Sequence record: PP763253.1 | DNA length: 64,000 nt | DNA from: Acinetobacter phage Ab1-TPeters | Reading direction: 5' to 3' (one strand) | Part shown: positions 62,831 through 64,000 of the stretch, one piece after another | Numbering within the stretch: the stretch's first letter is position 1 | Layout: each line of letters starts with the position of its first letter | Translations under genes and position numbers: made by a program | The notes under the pieces: model-generated | Databases searched by the model: none | Told to the model about the DNA's origin: nothing | The model's input: only the letters and a program-made list of their open reading frames with translations

Positions 62831-64000
62831 ATGAATAACCGTATCAACCTAGTATTAAGCGTAGCTCGTGATTCAGACATCCGCAAGACTACCAATGGGG
62901 AAGTAACTAACATCGGTTTATATAATTTTAGATTCAAAGAGCCTGTTCCATTTGAGGGTGGATTATTCTGTCAAAAGATTTTTGGGCCAATCAAAGACTA
63001 CACTTGTGCATGCGGTGCACGTAAAGGTGGTAAGACAGTTGATGGTAAAGCACCATCTTGCGAGATCTGTGGGGTAGATCTAGTGAAGTCTGAGGTTCGT
63101 TCAAAACGTGAAGGTTATATTGATGCGAAAGTACATTATGTAAATGCATATGCAATGCCACTCTTGGGTGCAATTCTTCAAATTGGTGAGGGTAATATTG
63201 AAGGAATATGCAATGGTACTATGTATTTCCGTTTTAAAGAATCAATGAACGGTCTTCGTTCAATGTCTGGTAAGTTTTATTCAATTGAGCTATCAAAAGA
63301 AGACAAGACTTGGGGTACTTCTGCTGAGGAGCTCCTGGATGCAATTCAAGATCTTGATTTGGATTCTGCTTACATTATGAAGAACTGCAATAGCCGAGAC
63401 GTGAATCGCTATCACGATAAGGGTTACACTATTTCAGACTTCTTCTGCTCTCACGTGCGAGTGTCCCCTCCACGTACTCGTGATATGTCCGTAGTAAATA
63501 AGGATATATCATTTCACCCAGTAAACAACATCTACGCTCGTATCGTTCGAATTGGAGCACGAGTAGCAACTTTAACCAACCAGATTCTGGAATATGATGG
63601 TGAGTTAAACTTAGAGCAATTAAAACAAGTGATTCGTGGTGAATCAATTGTGCTCCAAGCGCTAATTGATGCCTTGTTGTTTAAAGGAGCTACAGATTAC
63701 CGTGGAAATGAGATTCCATCAGTTATCTCTTCACTTGGAGGTAAGGAAGGTATCGTCCGTGGTAACTTACTGGGTAAACGAGTTGACTTCTCTGGTCGAT
63801 CTGTGATCATTTCCGGACCTGAACTTCCGTTAGATACAATCGGTGTTCCTTGGAAAATGATGTATGAGTTGCTTAAGCCGTTTATTCTGAATAAGCTAAT
63901 TGAGCATCTTGAGGATCTTGATGGTATTTTAACCAGCCAGACTTTGAAGAAAGCTCGAACTATGTATGCTAACAAGAGCACAGAAGCAATGATGTTTATG
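62831..64000 (+). CDS. multisubunit RNA polymerase beta-prime subunit, N-terminal part (runs off the window end)
   Basis: Not in the ORF track because there is no stop in the window. My own translation from the ATG at 62831 stays open to 64000. 'LFCQKIFGPIKDYTCACGARKG..CEICGVDL' is the beta-prime N-terminal zinc finger. 'GNLLGKRVDFSGRSVIISGPELPLDTIGVPWKMMYELLKPFI' matches the near-invariant 'NLLGKRVDYSGRSVIVVGP.L....CGLP..MA.ELFKPF' block. Confidence 0.75.
   Translation, partial: MNNRINLVLSVARDSDIRKTTNGEVTNIGLYNFRFKEPVPFEGGLFCQKIFGPIKDYTCACGARKGGKTVDGKAPSCEICGVDLVKSEVRSKREGYIDAKVHYVNAYAMPLLGAILQIGEGNIEGICNGTMYFRFKESMNGLRSMSGKFYSIELSKEDKTWGTSAEELLDAIQDLDLDSAYIMKNCNSRDVNRYHDKGYTISDFFCSHVRVSPPRTRDMSVVNKDISFHPVNNIYARIVRIGARVATLTNQILEYDGELNLEQLKQVIRGESIVLQALIDALLFKGATDYRGNEIPSVISSLGGKEGIVRGNLLGKRVDFSGRSVIISGPELPLDTIGVPWKMMYELLKPFILNKLIEHLEDLDGILTSQTLKKARTMYANKSTEAMMFM

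Overview
This 64-kb window looks like part of a large, AT-rich (by eye roughly 38-40% GC) virulent dsDNA phage genome. Essentially all credible genes lie on the + strand; the minus-strand ORFs are short and embedded in + genes, so I treat them as spurious. An embedded Rz/Rz1-type spanin pair argues for a Gram-negative host. CDS coordinates follow the ORF track; my own line indexing was off by one base at 53180..54229, so all motif, hairpin and tRNA coordinates are good only to within a few bases.

Gene content, in order:
- 1-16 kb: DNA replication and recombination genes. These are a DnaB-like helicase, a RusA-like resolvase, a gp32-like SSB, a FEN/RNase H 5'-3' exonuclease, a fused SbcD-SbcC (Mre11-Rad50) protein, the two subunits of a T4-type topoisomerase II, an unknown 498-aa protein and two GT4-type glycosyltransferases.
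- 17.4-20.1 kb: a 2.7-kb region with no long ORFs. It holds two tRNAs (Arg-UCU, Met-CAU), several long perfect hairpins and three copies of a 45-nt repeat.
- 20.8-25.6 kb: six small genes sharing an N-terminal peptide 'MT(T)RIGKILEINESL', interleaved with a C-terminal fragment of a multisubunit RNA polymerase beta-prime subunit.
- 26.9-31.8 kb: two tail fiber/tailspike genes with a shared N-terminal adaptor and different C-termini, one with a pectate-lyase-type beta-helix, flanking the spanin pair.
- 32-49 kb: many small accessory genes. Recognisable ones are a histidine phosphatase, a lipoprotein, a tandem paralog pair, a protein with a Met/Gly-rich tail, a T4 gp1-like dNMP kinase plus a second P-loop kinase, a NADAR (YbiA/DUF1768) protein and a DUF4326-like protein.
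- 49-62 kb: NAD-dependent DNA ligase, a P-loop kinase, a divergent thymidylate-synthase-fold enzyme, an HD phosphohydrolase, a DnaG-type primase, a Cas4-like nuclease, a DEAH helicase and a family A DNA polymerase.
- 62.8 kb to window end: the N-terminal part of an RNA polymerase beta-prime subunit, truncated by the window edge.

Two conserved intergenic motif families recur at transcription-unit starts and are not explained by the gene calls:
- a bipartite direct repeat CCTGTTTCTTAA-N12-CCTGTTAAATTGT followed by a GC hairpin, about 13 copies;
- a palindromic AACAGCTGTTTAAAGTG element, about 13 copies, four of them carrying an extended upstream arm 'AACTCAAAATTGA'.

The most interesting candidates are:
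- a putative thymidine/uridine-type DNA hypermodification pathway (divergent TS-fold enzyme, kinases, HD hydrolase, two glycosyltransferases);
- the conserved N-terminal leader family, which resembles a T4-style capsid-targeting sequence;
- the split beta-prime genes of a phage-encoded multisubunit RNA polymerase;
- the two promoter-like motif classes;
- a NADAR/DUF4326 pair that could be anti-defence.
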